A stretch of DNA of 55,837 nucleotides from Campylobacteraceae bacterium (GCA_031276075.1 JAISNU010000042.1:1-55837), one strand, 5' to 3'. Shown: positions 1 through 9,386, counted from the stretch's first letter. Notes: generated by a model from the sequence alone, not told the origin. Numbers and translations are program-made.

Positions 1-1854
1 GATACGGTAAACAGTACGGTATTTGCGAATACAACTTTGGATATAGAAAACAAAGAGTATCTGAATGTAACCGTAAGCGGCAATACAGCCGTATATAATG
101 ATAACAACGGTACATGGAACATCAACAAAACAAATGTATATGCTTCCAGCGCTCATGGTATTTATGCAGACAACAGCGCAGAAATCAATATAGGCGATAA
201 CTCAAATATATTGACAACAGGAAATCAGTTTTACGGAGTATATGCAAACGACGCCTCAAATATCACTTTGGGAAGCAATGCGACTGTATCTTCAAGCGTT
301 TACGCCATTTATGCCGCAGATAACTCAAATGTATTTAATAGCGGAGGTATTTTGAATATCACGGGCAATATATATTCGTCCGACAATTCGCATACAGAAT
401 TAACCTTTGCGGATAACTCAATATTCAAAGGTGCGGCAGCAACGGATAATAACGGCATAATTGATTTGAGTTTTAACGGTTTAAACTCTTTATGGGAACT
501 CAGCGGAAATTCAAACCTTACAAATCTTTATCTTGCAAACGGCGCGAAAATTGACCTCACAAGAGGCGGCGTATTTTTTGCATCAGCGGCTCCGACAACA
601 CTTTTCGTGGATAACTTGCATGGAGAGGGCGTATTTGATGTCAGATTTGATTTGAGAAATGAGATAAACGATATTATCAAAGTCTCAAACGCTTCATCAG
701 GAAACTACGGCGTAAGCTTCCATGACAAGACAAACGGAGCATATACGCTTGATCATAATATATCCTTGCTTGTAGTTGATCAAAGCAATCCTTTGGGAAA
801 CTACACGGCATCATATACGGGTAAAATAGATCTTGGAGGGTATGAATATAATTTGACAAAATCAGCAGCAGATGATAATTGGTATGTTAATCTGCATAAC
901 AATACAACGACAAGCGGCGGCAGCGGCGGCGGTGGTAGCGGCAGCGGCGGAACATTACCTCCATGCTCGTCTGCGCACTGCGCGGTAAAAAGCTTTTTGG
1001 GTATCAACTATTTAACCAATTATATGGATTCTCAAACATTGCTGCAAAGAGTAGGAGAATTGCGCGACGGCAGACATGACAGGGAAGATGTCTGGGCAAG
1101 AACATATTTTGGACAATTGGATTCATTTAAAGACGATACAAGGATAAATAAAGTTACATATTACGGCGTACAAGGCGGAGCTGACAGAGCCAATGAATAC
1201 GAATATGCTACAACTTATCTTGGATGGGCTTTTGGATATTCAAAATCCGATATAGATTATCTAAAAGGCAGCGGCAGAAGCGAGAATTTCTACGGCGGCG
1301 TATACGCGTCCGTGCTGTTCAAGTCAGATGTATATATGGATTTTATAACCAAATACAATTACAATAAAGATGAATTTGACACGGTAACTTCAAACGGCTT
1401 TGCCGTAAATGGAGGCGGAAGCACAAAAGGTTTCTCTTTTGATGCGGAAGTCGGCAGAAGATACGATATGTCAAAATTTTATGCCGAACCGCAAGTCGGT
1501 ATCTCATACGCCAGACAAAACGAAGCCGATGTCTATTCGTCAGACGGCATGAGAATTGTTTTGGGCGGCTATGAATCATATAAAGTAAAAGGCGGTCTGC
1601 TTTTGGGCTACAAGATAAAAGATATGATAAATGTATATCTCAAAGAAGTATATATCAAAGAGTTAAATTATGATGCGTCATATACCTTAAACGGCAATAA
1701 GATTAAATATAAACTAAATGAAAGTATGATAGACAGTGCATTAGGTTTGACAATAAGTACAGATATTCACCACTTGTATCTTGAAGGAAACTATCAAATC
1801 GGAGATGAATTTGACAACAAAAAGGTAAATCTCGGATATAGATACGACTTCTAA
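1..1854 (+). CDS. Autotransporter (type Va) outer-membrane protein, 5' end cut by window edge
   Basis: Frame 1 is open from base 1, the same frame as listed ORF 37..1854. Passenger-like degenerate repeats (N..YA..DNS..I). Gly/Ser linker TSGGSGGGGSGSGG. C-terminal beta-barrel-like region ending NLGYRYDF, with the terminal aromatic typical of OMP barrels. Confidence 0.8.
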   Translation, partial: DTVNSTVFANTTLDIENKEYLNVTVSGNTAVYNDNNGTWNINKTNVYASSAHGIYADNSAEINIGDNSNILTTGNQFYGVYANDASNITLGSNATVSSSVYAIYAADNSNVFNSGGILNITGNIYSSDNSHTELTFADNSIFKGAAATDNNGIIDLSFNGLNSLWELSGNSNLTNLYLANGAKIDLTRGGVFFASAAPTTLFVDNLHGEGVFDVRFDLRNEINDIIKVSNASSGNYGVSFHDKTNGAYTLDHNISLLVVDQSNPLGNYTASYTGKIDLGGYEYNLTKSAADDNWYVNLHNNTTTSGGSGGGGSGSGGTLPPCSSAHCAVKSFLGINYLTNYMDSQTLLQRVGELRDGRHDREDVWARTYFGQLDSFKDDTRINKVTYYGVQGGADRANEYEYATTYLGWAFGYSKSDIDYLKGSGRSENFYGGVYASVLFKSDVYMDFITKYNYNKDEFDTVTSNGFAVNGGGSTKGFSFDAEVGRRYDMSKFYAEPQVGISYARQNEADVYSSDGMRIVLGGYESYKVKGGLLLGYKIKDMINVYLKEVYIKELNYDASYTLNGNKIKYKLNESMIDSALGLTISTDIHHLYLEGNYQIGDEFDNKKVNLGYRYDF

Positions 1855-1862
1855 CTGCTCAT

Positions 1863-1892
1863 TTTCAGGGCTTTTAACCAAAAGCCCTGAAA
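1863..1892 (+). terminator. Perfect 13-bp stem hairpin just after the autotransporter stop
   Basis: TTTCAGGGCTTTT (1863-1875), loop AACC, AAAAGCCCTGAAA (1880-1892). No strong T-tract follows, so intrinsic termination is plausible but not certain. Confidence 0.5.
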
Positions 1893-2030
1893 CTTATTAA
1901 AGACTAAGCAAAATATATATAATTTTTCCAAGCTGCATGTAATCGCGGTATGTTCCAAATAACTGCCGTTTAAAGGTTAAATATTTTCTGATATAATTTT
2001 TTGCTTGATAAAAATATTTGAGGAGCAATT

Positions 2031-2492
2031 TTGGAGAATTTTTCTAAAAAACAACTTACTATGTCTATTTTGATGACGCCTGACATGGCAAATTTTAGTG
2101 GAAATGTACATGGAGGCGAGATTTTGAAAGCATTAGATCATGTGGCTTACGCTTTGGCTGCGAGATACAGCGGAAAAAATGTTGTTACGCTCTCTGTGGA
2201 CAGAGTGATATTTAAAAACCCCATGCATATAGGAACTTTGGTAACATTTTTGGCAAGCGTCAATTATGTCGGCAGAACTTCTATGGAGATAGGCATAAAA
2301 GTTATAGCCGAAGATATCAAAAACCACACGGTTACGCACACAAACAGCTGTTTTTTTACAATGGTGGCTGTTGATGAAAACGGCAGACCAACTCCGATTG
2401 AAGCTTTTGCGCCGCAAAGCGTTGATGAAAAAAGGCGATGGGAAAACGCAAAAATAAGAAGGCAGTATCTGCTTAAAGAAAATCCGACATAA
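2031..2492 (+). CDS. Acyl-CoA thioesterase, hotdog fold (YciA-like)
   Basis: 153 aa. ANFSGNVHGGEILKALDHVAYALAARYSG and later hotdog-type segments. TTG start is preceded by AGGAG at 2021-2025. Confidence 0.8.
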   Translation: MENFSKKQLTMSILMTPDMANFSGNVHGGEILKALDHVAYALAARYSGKNVVTLSVDRVIFKNPMHIGTLVTFLASVNYVGRTSMEIGIKVIAEDIKNHTVTHTNSCFFTMVAVDENGRPTPIEAFAPQSVDEKRRWENAKIRRQYLLKENPT

Positions 2493-2582
2493 GCGCACAT
2501 ATAAATAAAAAAGATTTGCGCGCGGCAAACGGTTTATAAGCTTTATGCGTTATAATTTTTGCAAAAATTCAGAGGTCAAAAA

Positions 2583-3737
2583 GTGATAAAAAATCCCAAA
2601 ATCAGCAAATTGGAAAGCGTCATAGAGCAGATACAAACGCCTTGTTATGTGTGCGAAGAGGCTCTTTTGGAAGAAAATCTCAAAAGACTGCGCTATGTTG
2701 GGCAGGAAAGCGGCGCGAAGATATTGTTGGCGCTGAAAGGTTTTGCGCTGCAAGATACATTTTATTTGGTCAAACGATATCTTGACGGCTGTACAGCAAG
2801 CGGACTTTACGAGGCAAAATTGGCGCGCAAAGCGTTTGATAAAGAGGTGCATACATACTCTCCCGCTTTTAAAGATGGCGACATGGACGAGATTATAAAC
2901 ATCAGCAATCATGTGGTTTTTAACTCTTTTTCGCAGTGGCAAAAGTTCAAATCAAAGGCTTTTGGGCGCGTTTCATGCGGTATCCGCGTAAATCCCGAAG
3001 TCTCATCGGCGCCTGCTGCATTATATGATCCATGCGCGAAATTCAGCCGTCTTGGAGTAACAAAAAAGGCTTTTGACGAAAAGCTGCTTGATGGACTTGA
3101 CGGGCTTCATTTTCACGCGCTTTGCGAACAAAATGCAGATGCGCTTGAGATGGTTTTGGAAGGATTTGAGAGGAATTTTAGCAAATATATTCCGCAGATG
3201 AAATGGGTAAATTTTGGCGGCGGACATCACATAACGCGCGAAGATTACGATATAGAGCGGTTAATATGCGCGATAAAAGAGTTTAAAAAAAGATATAACG
3301 GTATAACGGTATATTTGGAGCCGGGAGAGGCGGTCGGCTGGCAAAGCGGCGCGCTCGCGGCTTCAGTGCTTGATATAGTTGAAAACGGCATGCAAATAGC
3401 GATATTGGACACTTCCGCCGAAGCTCATATGCCTGATACTCTTGCCATGCCGTACCGCGCCGAGATAAGAAATGCGGACAGGGCAAATGTGAAAAAATAT
3501 ACATACAGGCTTGCGGGCAATACATGTTTGTCGGGCGATATCATAGGCGATTATAGTTTTGATGAGCCGCTGGAAGTCGGCGATAAACTCATATTTGAGG
3601 ATATGATACACTATACAATCGTAAAAAATACGACATTTAACGGCATAAAACTGCCCGATTTGGCATTGCTCAAAAAAGACGGCAGTTATAAAGTTTTGAA
3701 GCATTTTGGCTACGAAGAGTATAGAAGAAGAAACTGA
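2583..3737 (+). CDS. nspC: Carboxynorspermidine (carboxyspermidine) decarboxylase
   Basis: Strong family resemblance over the full length (GGGHHITR, LEPGEAV, NTCLSGD). I prefer the GTG at 2583 (AGAGG at 2571-2575) over the track start at 2559. A perfect TATAAT at 2551-2556 would place the transcript start after 2559. Confidence 0.85.
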   Translation: MIKNPKISKLESVIEQIQTPCYVCEEALLEENLKRLRYVGQESGAKILLALKGFALQDTFYLVKRYLDGCTASGLYEAKLARKAFDKEVHTYSPAFKDGDMDEIINISNHVVFNSFSQWQKFKSKAFGRVSCGIRVNPEVSSAPAALYDPCAKFSRLGVTKKAFDEKLLDGLDGLHFHALCEQNADALEMVLEGFERNFSKYIPQMKWVNFGGGHHITREDYDIERLICAIKEFKKRYNGITVYLEPGEAVGWQSGALAASVLDIVENGMQIAILDTSAEAHMPDTLAMPYRAEIRNADRANVKKYTYRLAGNTCLSGDIIGDYSFDEPLEVGDKLIFEDMIHYTIVKNTTFNGIKLPDLALLKKDGSYKVLKHFGYEEYRRRN

Positions 3738-3907
3738 AAAAACAGATAAAGTTTTTATTGTTTCAATTTTGATTTTATCCTCACATTTAATTAAAATACG
3801 AAAATTAACGAAATAATATATGAAAACACTTTAAGATATTTGTTTGGCGCGGCAATTTGAATGTGAAGTATTAAAACATAACATGTCATTGTATTTTTTA
3901 TTTCTAT

Positions 3908-4403
3908 TATTGGCGAGAAGCAAAATGGTGAAACAATCCAAAAAATGCGTCCCTTTCCGTCATTGAGAGGAGCAGAATCGCGCCTTTCTCCGTCATTGCG
4001 AGGCACGAAGTGCCGCGGCAATCCATTCTTTCTTGTAATTACGCCTTTTTTTTGTCATTGCAAGCAAAGTATAGCAATCTCCCCATTCCGTCATTGCGAG
4101 CCGCTTGCGGCGCGGCAATCCAGAATTTATAATAACAAAAAGAGTGTTATTTATAGAAAAATAGATAATCATTTTTTCTTGTTTATGTTATGGATTGCTT
4201 CGTCATACTGCGTATTCCTCGCAATGACGGAATTAGTGAGAAAAACGGCTTTGCTTCATTTTTTATTCTGGATTGCTTTGTCGCTATGCTCCTCGCAATG
4301 ACGGAGTATGGCAATAAATTGCTTCCTGCTTCGCAAGCTTGCGCTCGCAACGACGGAGAGAGAAGAGATTGTTGTGCCGGCTTTGTCAGTTTACAATGAC
4401 GGA
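3908..4403. repeat. Hairpin-repeat island A: about 5 forward arms then 4 reverse arms
   Basis: Forward arms at about 3908, 3957, 3990-4025, 4053-4080 and 4088-4122. Reverse arms at 4191-4231, 4268-4305, 4316-4347 and 4367-4403. Consensus is CCGTCATTGCGAG-[hairpin]-CGCGGCAATCCA or its reverse complement. Confidence 0.9.
4088..4231. mobile_element. MITE/BIME-like composite, core family 1 (about 70-bp AT-rich core between inverted arms)
   Basis: Forward arm 4088-4122, then core AATTTATAATAACAAAAAGAGTGTTATTTATAGAAAAATAGATAATCATTTTTTCTTGTTTATGTTA, then reverse arm 4191-4231. Related cores occur at 10083-10220, 25490-25635 and 25838-25992. Confidence 0.55.
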
Positions 4404-4701
4404 AAAATATACAATGCAAAATACTGTTGGCTCGTCTCTATCTTCGCGAACAGATGATTGTTGATGCAGACAATACTGTTAACTTGCAATGTTTGCGGTA
4501 ATGGAAAAAAATAGATAATAATGAAAAAAAGATATGATGGCATATATATGGTTGCAATAACAAGATGCAAGAGTTTTATTTTTGACAAGCAAATACAGTG
4601 CAGGTGAACTTTTTTATATTTTATTTTCGGAGAAACATCGCAAGAAGTATGAAAATTCAAAAACATTACAAACATACAGTCGGACAATTTTCATTTTTAC
4701 A

Positions 4702-4718
4702 CGGAACACTTTTTGCAT
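4702..4718 (+). promoter_or_regulatory. Sigma-54 (RpoN) -24/-12 promoter
   Basis: CGGAACACTTTTTGCAT, with GG at 4703-4704 and GC at 4715-4716 (exact GG-N10-GC spacing). It matches the epsilonproteobacterial GGAAC-N6-TTGC form. It lies about 30 nt upstream of the ATG at 4749, with AAAAGG at 4734-4739. Confidence 0.6.
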
Positions 4719-4748
4719 ATATAGCTAAAAAATAAAAGGCGTTATTTA

Positions 4749-5861
4749 ATGTACGCAACAAGCGAAGCGACTTACAGTTTTGCAAAAAAATTTTCCCATT
4801 ATAAAGATTTTTATATAAAACATAATGATTTGTATTTTTCAAAATTGGGATTTGGGACATTCAAAAAAGAGCCGTATAGAGAGGAAAATTATGATTTTGA
4901 CTACAAAGAGGCTTTAAAATCGGCGATTTTAGGCGGTATAAATGTCATAGACACGGCTATAAATTACAGATATCAGCAGAGCGAAAAAGAGATAGGCGAA
5001 GTTTTGCGTTTTTTGTTTGAAAGCGGCGAAGCAAAGCGTGATGAATTGATAGTGTGCTCAAAAGGGGGTTTTATACCGCTTGATTTTCCTTTTCCGAAAA
5101 ATCCATACGAATGGATAGCGGACAATATCATAAACAAAGGATTTGCAAATAAAGAGGATATAGAGTTAGACCAGCACTGCATGACAACGCCGTTTTTGAA
5201 AGCATCTTTGGATAAATCGCTTGAAAATCTCTCTTTAAAATGTATAGACATATATTTTTTGCATAATCCAGAAATGCAATTACAAAGACTTGGAACTAAA
5301 AAGTTTTTGAAGCAATTAAAAGATATTTTTGCGCTTTTTGAAGAGGCGGCGTTTATGGGTAAGATAAGAAATTACGGTATCGCCGTTTGGAATGCTTTTA
5401 CATACGACGAGAGCAACAGCGAATATATAAATTTGCAAAGCGTTTATGATGCGGCGCGGGAAGCGGGCGGCGAAAATCACCGCTTTAAATATATACAGCT
5501 TCCTTTCAACATAGCAAAAACCGAGAGTTACAGGGTAAAAAATCAAAAAATGGCAGACGGGAATTATTGCACCCTTTTGGAAGCCGCCAACAAGCTTAAT
5601 GTGGGCGTTATCGGCAGTTCGTCGCTTTTTCAAATGCATCTTTTCAGAAAATCTTTCAAAGCCGAAGTCGGTTATTTATTGAATGAGGACATGAGATTGA
5701 AAAGCGATATAGAGCTTGCTTTGCAGTTTGCCCGCTCTACAAGAGGTATTTTGACCTCTCTTTTTAGTTCAAAAACCCCGCTGCATGTAAAAAGCAATCT
5801 AAACATAGCTCATGTAAATGCGGCAAATGTATCAAAATACAATCTTTTATACAGGCTTTGA
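4749..5861 (+). CDS. Aldo/keto reductase family oxidoreductase (long, 370 aa)
   Basis: GINVIDTAINYRY (the DTA..Y motif), IYFLHNP, and TIM-barrel AKR-like spacing. The stop overlaps the start region of the next gene. Confidence 0.8.
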   Translation: MYATSEATYSFAKKFSHYKDFYIKHNDLYFSKLGFGTFKKEPYREENYDFDYKEALKSAILGGINVIDTAINYRYQQSEKEIGEVLRFLFESGEAKRDELIVCSKGGFIPLDFPFPKNPYEWIADNIINKGFANKEDIELDQHCMTTPFLKASLDKSLENLSLKCIDIYFLHNPEMQLQRLGTKKFLKQLKDIFALFEEAAFMGKIRNYGIAVWNAFTYDESNSEYINLQSVYDAAREAGGENHRFKYIQLPFNIAKTESYRVKNQKMADGNYCTLLEAANKLNVGVIGSSSLFQMHLFRKSFKAEVGYLLNEDMRLKSDIELALQFARSTRGILTSLFSSKTPLHVKSNLNIAHVNAANVSKYNLLYRL

Positions 5862-5863
5862 AA

Positions 5864-7501
5864 ATGATATATGACATTATCGTGGTAGGCGGCGGCGCGG
5901 CGGGACTTATGGCGGCAATTGAGGCAAAAGACGGCATGAACAGAGTCGCCGTTATAACAAAAGGCAATATTTTAAAATCAAACAGCGCGATGGCAAGCGG
6001 AGGAATTAACGCTGTACTTGATGAAAATGACAAAGATGGGACAGAAAAACATATAGACGATACGCTAAAAAGCGCCAAAGGTTTAGCCGATAAAAAATCA
6101 GTAAGTTATATGTGTGCCAAAGCTTGGCACATCATAAAAAAACTGACAGATTACGGCGTTAAATTTGACAGCGATGAAAATGGCGCTATTTTGCAGCGAA
6201 ATTTTGGCGGGAGCAGCGTAAACAGAACCTGTTTTGTGGGTGATAATACAGGCGCGGCTATAACTCAAACGCTCATTAAAAAAGCCAAGCAATCCGGCAT
6301 TGAGATTTTGCAGAATATTTTTGTCATGGATATAGTTCAAACAAAAGGGCGCATAAGCGGGATTGTAGTTTTGAAGAGGATTGACTCTTCCGTGGTTGTG
6401 TATCTTGCAAAAGCGGTGGTTTTTGCCGCGGGCGGATACGCGGGGATTTACAGAGGATTTAGCACAAATCCGCAGGATACCAACGGCGATATTTTGGCTG
6501 TTGCGCTTAGAAATGGTATGACGCTTGAAGATTTGGAGTTTGTGCAGTTTCATCCGACCGGTTTTGCTAAAAGCGGGGCTTTAATATCCGAAGCGGCAAG
6601 GGCTGAAGGCGGCTTGCTGGTAAACGCTTCGGGAGAAAGTATTGTTGATGAACTTAGTACGAGAGATGTGGTGTCAAGAGCTATTTTTAATGAAATACAA
6701 AAAGGTGAAAAAGTTTATATAGATATGCGTCATATCGCAAAGGAGAAGCTTCTTGCAAGAGTTCCTTCGCTTTATAAAAACGCTTTTAATCTTGCGGGCG
6801 TTGACATATCAAGCGAGCTTTTGGAGATTAGACCTGTCGCGCATTACAGTATGGGCGGTATCAAATCAAATTTTACGGCTACTGAAATAAAAGGGCTTTT
6901 TGTCTGCGGGGAGTGCGCGGCGCTTGGGGTTCATGGCGCAAACAGGCTTGGCGGCAATTCGCTGCTTGAAGGGTTAGTATTTGGAGAGCTTGCAGGTAAA
7001 AAAGCCAAAGAGTTTTCGCAAGGTAAGAGTTTTTTGCCGATCGATTACGATAAGGTTATCAAAAATATTAATCTTGTTGGGCGGATATTTGAGTGGGATT
7101 CTACAAAAAATTTTAATGCAATCAGAATAAGCGCAGGCAAGACAATGTATCTAAAAGCTGGTATTATAAGAGATAAAGCAAAGCTTGAAGAGGCGCTTGA
7201 TTATATAAAATATTTGCGCTTGGAGTCCGCGTCTTTACACTGTATGGATAAAAGCAGAGAAAATAATGTGGAGCTTATAGCGATATTGGAGTTGAGAAAT
7301 ATTTTACAGCTTAGCGAAGCGGTGATTTTAAGCGCGCTTTTTAGAGAAGAGAGCAGAGGGGCGCATTTTAGAAGTGATTTTGTAAATACAAACAAGGATA
7401 GGGATAGACATATATTGGTAAGACAACTTGAGGGGAGATTTTTTAAGTTGCAGTATGAAGATAACAGACTTGTAAGATTTTTAGCTAAAATTTTTCATTG
7501 A
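5864..7501 (+). CDS. FAD flavoprotein of the fumarate reductase / succinate dehydrogenase / L-aspartate oxidase family
   Basis: DIIVVGGGAAGLMAA dinucleotide fold, FVQFHPTG, AHYSMGGI, GANRLGGNSLLE, RGAHFR. An ATG at 5864 is preferred over the TTG at 5858. The exact subfamily cannot be assigned by eye. Confidence 0.8.
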   Translation: MIYDIIVVGGGAAGLMAAIEAKDGMNRVAVITKGNILKSNSAMASGGINAVLDENDKDGTEKHIDDTLKSAKGLADKKSVSYMCAKAWHIIKKLTDYGVKFDSDENGAILQRNFGGSSVNRTCFVGDNTGAAITQTLIKKAKQSGIEILQNIFVMDIVQTKGRISGIVVLKRIDSSVVVYLAKAVVFAAGGYAGIYRGFSTNPQDTNGDILAVALRNGMTLEDLEFVQFHPTGFAKSGALISEAARAEGGLLVNASGESIVDELSTRDVVSRAIFNEIQKGEKVYIDMRHIAKEKLLARVPSLYKNAFNLAGVDISSELLEIRPVAHYSMGGIKSNFTATEIKGLFVCGECAALGVHGANRLGGNSLLEGLVFGELAGKKAKEFSQGKSFLPIDYDKVIKNINLVGRIFEWDSTKNFNAIRISAGKTMYLKAGIIRDKAKLEEALDYIKYLRLESASLHCMDKSRENNVELIAILELRNILQLSEAVILSALFREESRGAHFRSDFVNTNKDRDRHILVRQLEGRFFKLQYEDNRLVRFLAKIFH

Positions 7502-7514
7502 TAAAGGAGTGCGA

Positions 7515-7724
7515 ATGGCGGCAGTGATGTTAAGAGAAGAGGGCGGAAATATCTATTTTTACATAGCGAAAAAGGATATGGAAGAGACTATTAAAACGAT
7601 AGAATTTAATTCTGAAGAAAATTGGGGAGGCGAAGTGTTATTAAGCAACGGTCAAATTTGGTGGATAGAGCCCGGAGTGAAAAAATTACCCAAAGAAGCA
7701 GTATGCAAGAAACTTTCTGACTAA
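7515..7724 (+). CDS. Small hypothetical protein (69 aa), third gene of the putative sigma-54 operon
   Basis: AAGGAG at 7504-7509 sits 5 nt before the ATG at 7515, and the ORF starts 14 nt after the flavoprotein stop. No recognisable family. Confidence 0.5.
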   Translation: MAAVMLREEGGNIYFYIAKKDMEETIKTIEFNSEENWGGEVLLSNGQIWWIEPGVKKLPKEAVCKKLSD

Positions 7725-7794
7725 AAAATATACAATTATTATATATATTTTATAATTAAATTGATGTATTATTTTTATACAAAACAAAAAGGGC

Positions 7795-9207
7795 GTGCCA
7801 ATGTTTGAATTTGATGATTTAAACTGCGGGGATTGCTTGAATACAAGAGAGCTTGCAATGCTGTATGAGATTGCTTTGGCGATGTCAAATTTAGTAGATA
7901 TTGCCGCATCTTTGGAAAAAGCTCTCTATATTTTGGAAAGCAAACTGCATCTTAAAAACTGTACCGTGCATACTATAAATGATGATAGTTTGCTTGTGGT
8001 TTACGCCTGTATCGGCTTAAATAAATTTCAAAGAGAGTCTTCCGTATATAAAATAGGCGAAGGCGTTACGGGATTTGCCGCTGAGAGTAAAGAACCTGTC
8101 GTTATAGAAAATATCCACAACAATATGATGTTTTTAAATAAAACGGGCAGCCGCGATAAAAACTCTATCTCATATATAGCTGTGCCGATGCTCCTAAATC
8201 AAAAATTAGTCGGCGTTTTGGGAGCAAATACTACAAAAATAACTCCAAATGATTTTAACAGTATAGTGCGTGTTTTAACGGTAATAAGCTCTATTTTTGC
8301 GCAAGCTGTGGAGTCGCATAATATTATTTTAAAAGAGAAAGAGAAATTAAAAGAGCTTAAACTTTATTATAAAATGGAGTGGGATTCGAAGGTGCATAAT
8401 TTCGGCGATATTATCGGCGAAAGCTCAAAAATGAAAGCTGTGTATAATATCGTCGAGCGCATAGCGCAAAGCAATGTTACAGTTTTGATAAGAGGCGAAA
8501 CGGGTACGGGTAAAGAGCTTGTAGCTGCCGCGATACATAAGCGCAGCAACAGAAAAGACGAACCTTTTGTTAAGTTAAATTGTGCCGCTATCGCCGATAC
8601 GCTTATTGAAAGCGAACTGTTCGGGCATGAAAGAGGGGCGTTTACCGACGCTAAAGAGATGAGAAAAGGGCGTTTTGAGCTGGCGGACGGCGGTACTCTC
8701 TTTTTGGATGAGATAGGCGATATATCGGCTTCGGCACAAGTAAAGCTTTTAAGAGTTTTGCAAGAAAGAGAGTTTGAGAGGGTAGGCGGAAACAAAACGA
8801 TAAAGGTAAATGTCAGGCTTATAGCTGCTACCAATAGAAATCTTGAAAATATGGTTGAAAAAGGGCTTTTCAGGGAGGATTTGTATTATCGTTTGAATGT
8901 GATACCGATAGATTTGCCCCCGCTTAGAGAACGCGGCGATGATATAGCTCTTTTGGTGAATTTTTTTCTTAAAAAATCCATGAACAATCATAAGAAAAAA
9001 GTTATCATAACAGACGAAGCTATGGATATTTTGTGTCAATATTCGTGGCCGGGCAATGTAAGAGAGCTTGAAAATACCGTTGAGAGGATAGTTTTGATGG
9101 GTAGTGAATACGGCATAAGCGCAGATGAAATGTTGCTGCTTTTACCTGCTTTCAATCAAAAATTGATGTGTCAAAGAAGGATATTTAGCAGTGAAAACGA
9201 GGTATGA
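7795..9207 (+). CDS. Sigma-54-dependent transcriptional activator (bEBP) with N-terminal GAF-like sensor and no recognisable C-terminal HTH
   Basis: AAA+ sigma-54 interaction domain: GETGTGKE (Walker A), GAFTDA (variant of GAFTGA), TLFLDEIGD (Walker B), RVIAATN-like RLIAATN, WPGNVRELEN. Only about 45 aa follow GNVREL. The start could be the GTG at 7795 or the ATG at 7801. Confidence 0.85.
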   Translation: MPMFEFDDLNCGDCLNTRELAMLYEIALAMSNLVDIAASLEKALYILESKLHLKNCTVHTINDDSLLVVYACIGLNKFQRESSVYKIGEGVTGFAAESKEPVVIENIHNNMMFLNKTGSRDKNSISYIAVPMLLNQKLVGVLGANTTKITPNDFNSIVRVLTVISSIFAQAVESHNIILKEKEKLKELKLYYKMEWDSKVHNFGDIIGESSKMKAVYNIVERIAQSNVTVLIRGETGTGKELVAAAIHKRSNRKDEPFVKLNCAAIADTLIESELFGHERGAFTDAKEMRKGRFELADGGTLFLDEIGDISASAQVKLLRVLQEREFERVGGNKTIKVNVRLIAATNRNLENMVEKGLFREDLYYRLNVIPIDLPPLRERGDDIALLVNFFLKKSMNNHKKKVIITDEAMDILCQYSWPGNVRELENTVERIVLMGSEYGISADEMLLLLPAFNQKLMCQRRIFSSENEV

Positions 9208-9386
9208 AATCAAGATAAAATAACCAAAACACTTTAAGATTGCGGTTTTTTTAAAAGTGTTACTAACAGTCGCAATGATGTTTAATTTTTATGATACTGC
9301 TTAAAAATTTGGCTGCTATTTAATCTCGCAATATTATTGTAAATCAAATCATATCAAAGCTCTGTCGATTTGCTTTTTCTGTTTAA

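Noticed and set aside
3791-4419. ORFs called inside repeat islands. Examples: 3945..4301, 4183..4419, 9756..10164, 20189..21089, 25075..26241, 30734..30994, 48378..49336, 53962..55016.
   Set aside because: They are translations of the hairpin repeats in various frames. The same peptides recur (PRHFVPRNDG, RHCEE..EAIQ, SLRG...). They lack RBSs, occur on both strands and overlap one another, so they are not genes.
9226-9261. A 15-mer AAAACACTTTAAGAT shared at 3823-3837 and 9226-9240, both shortly after + strand gene ends. The second copy is part of an 8-bp hairpin (AACACTTT...AAAGTGTT).
   Set aside because: There are only two copies. The hairpin loop is 18 nt and no T-tract follows. This is insufficient to call a terminator or a motif.
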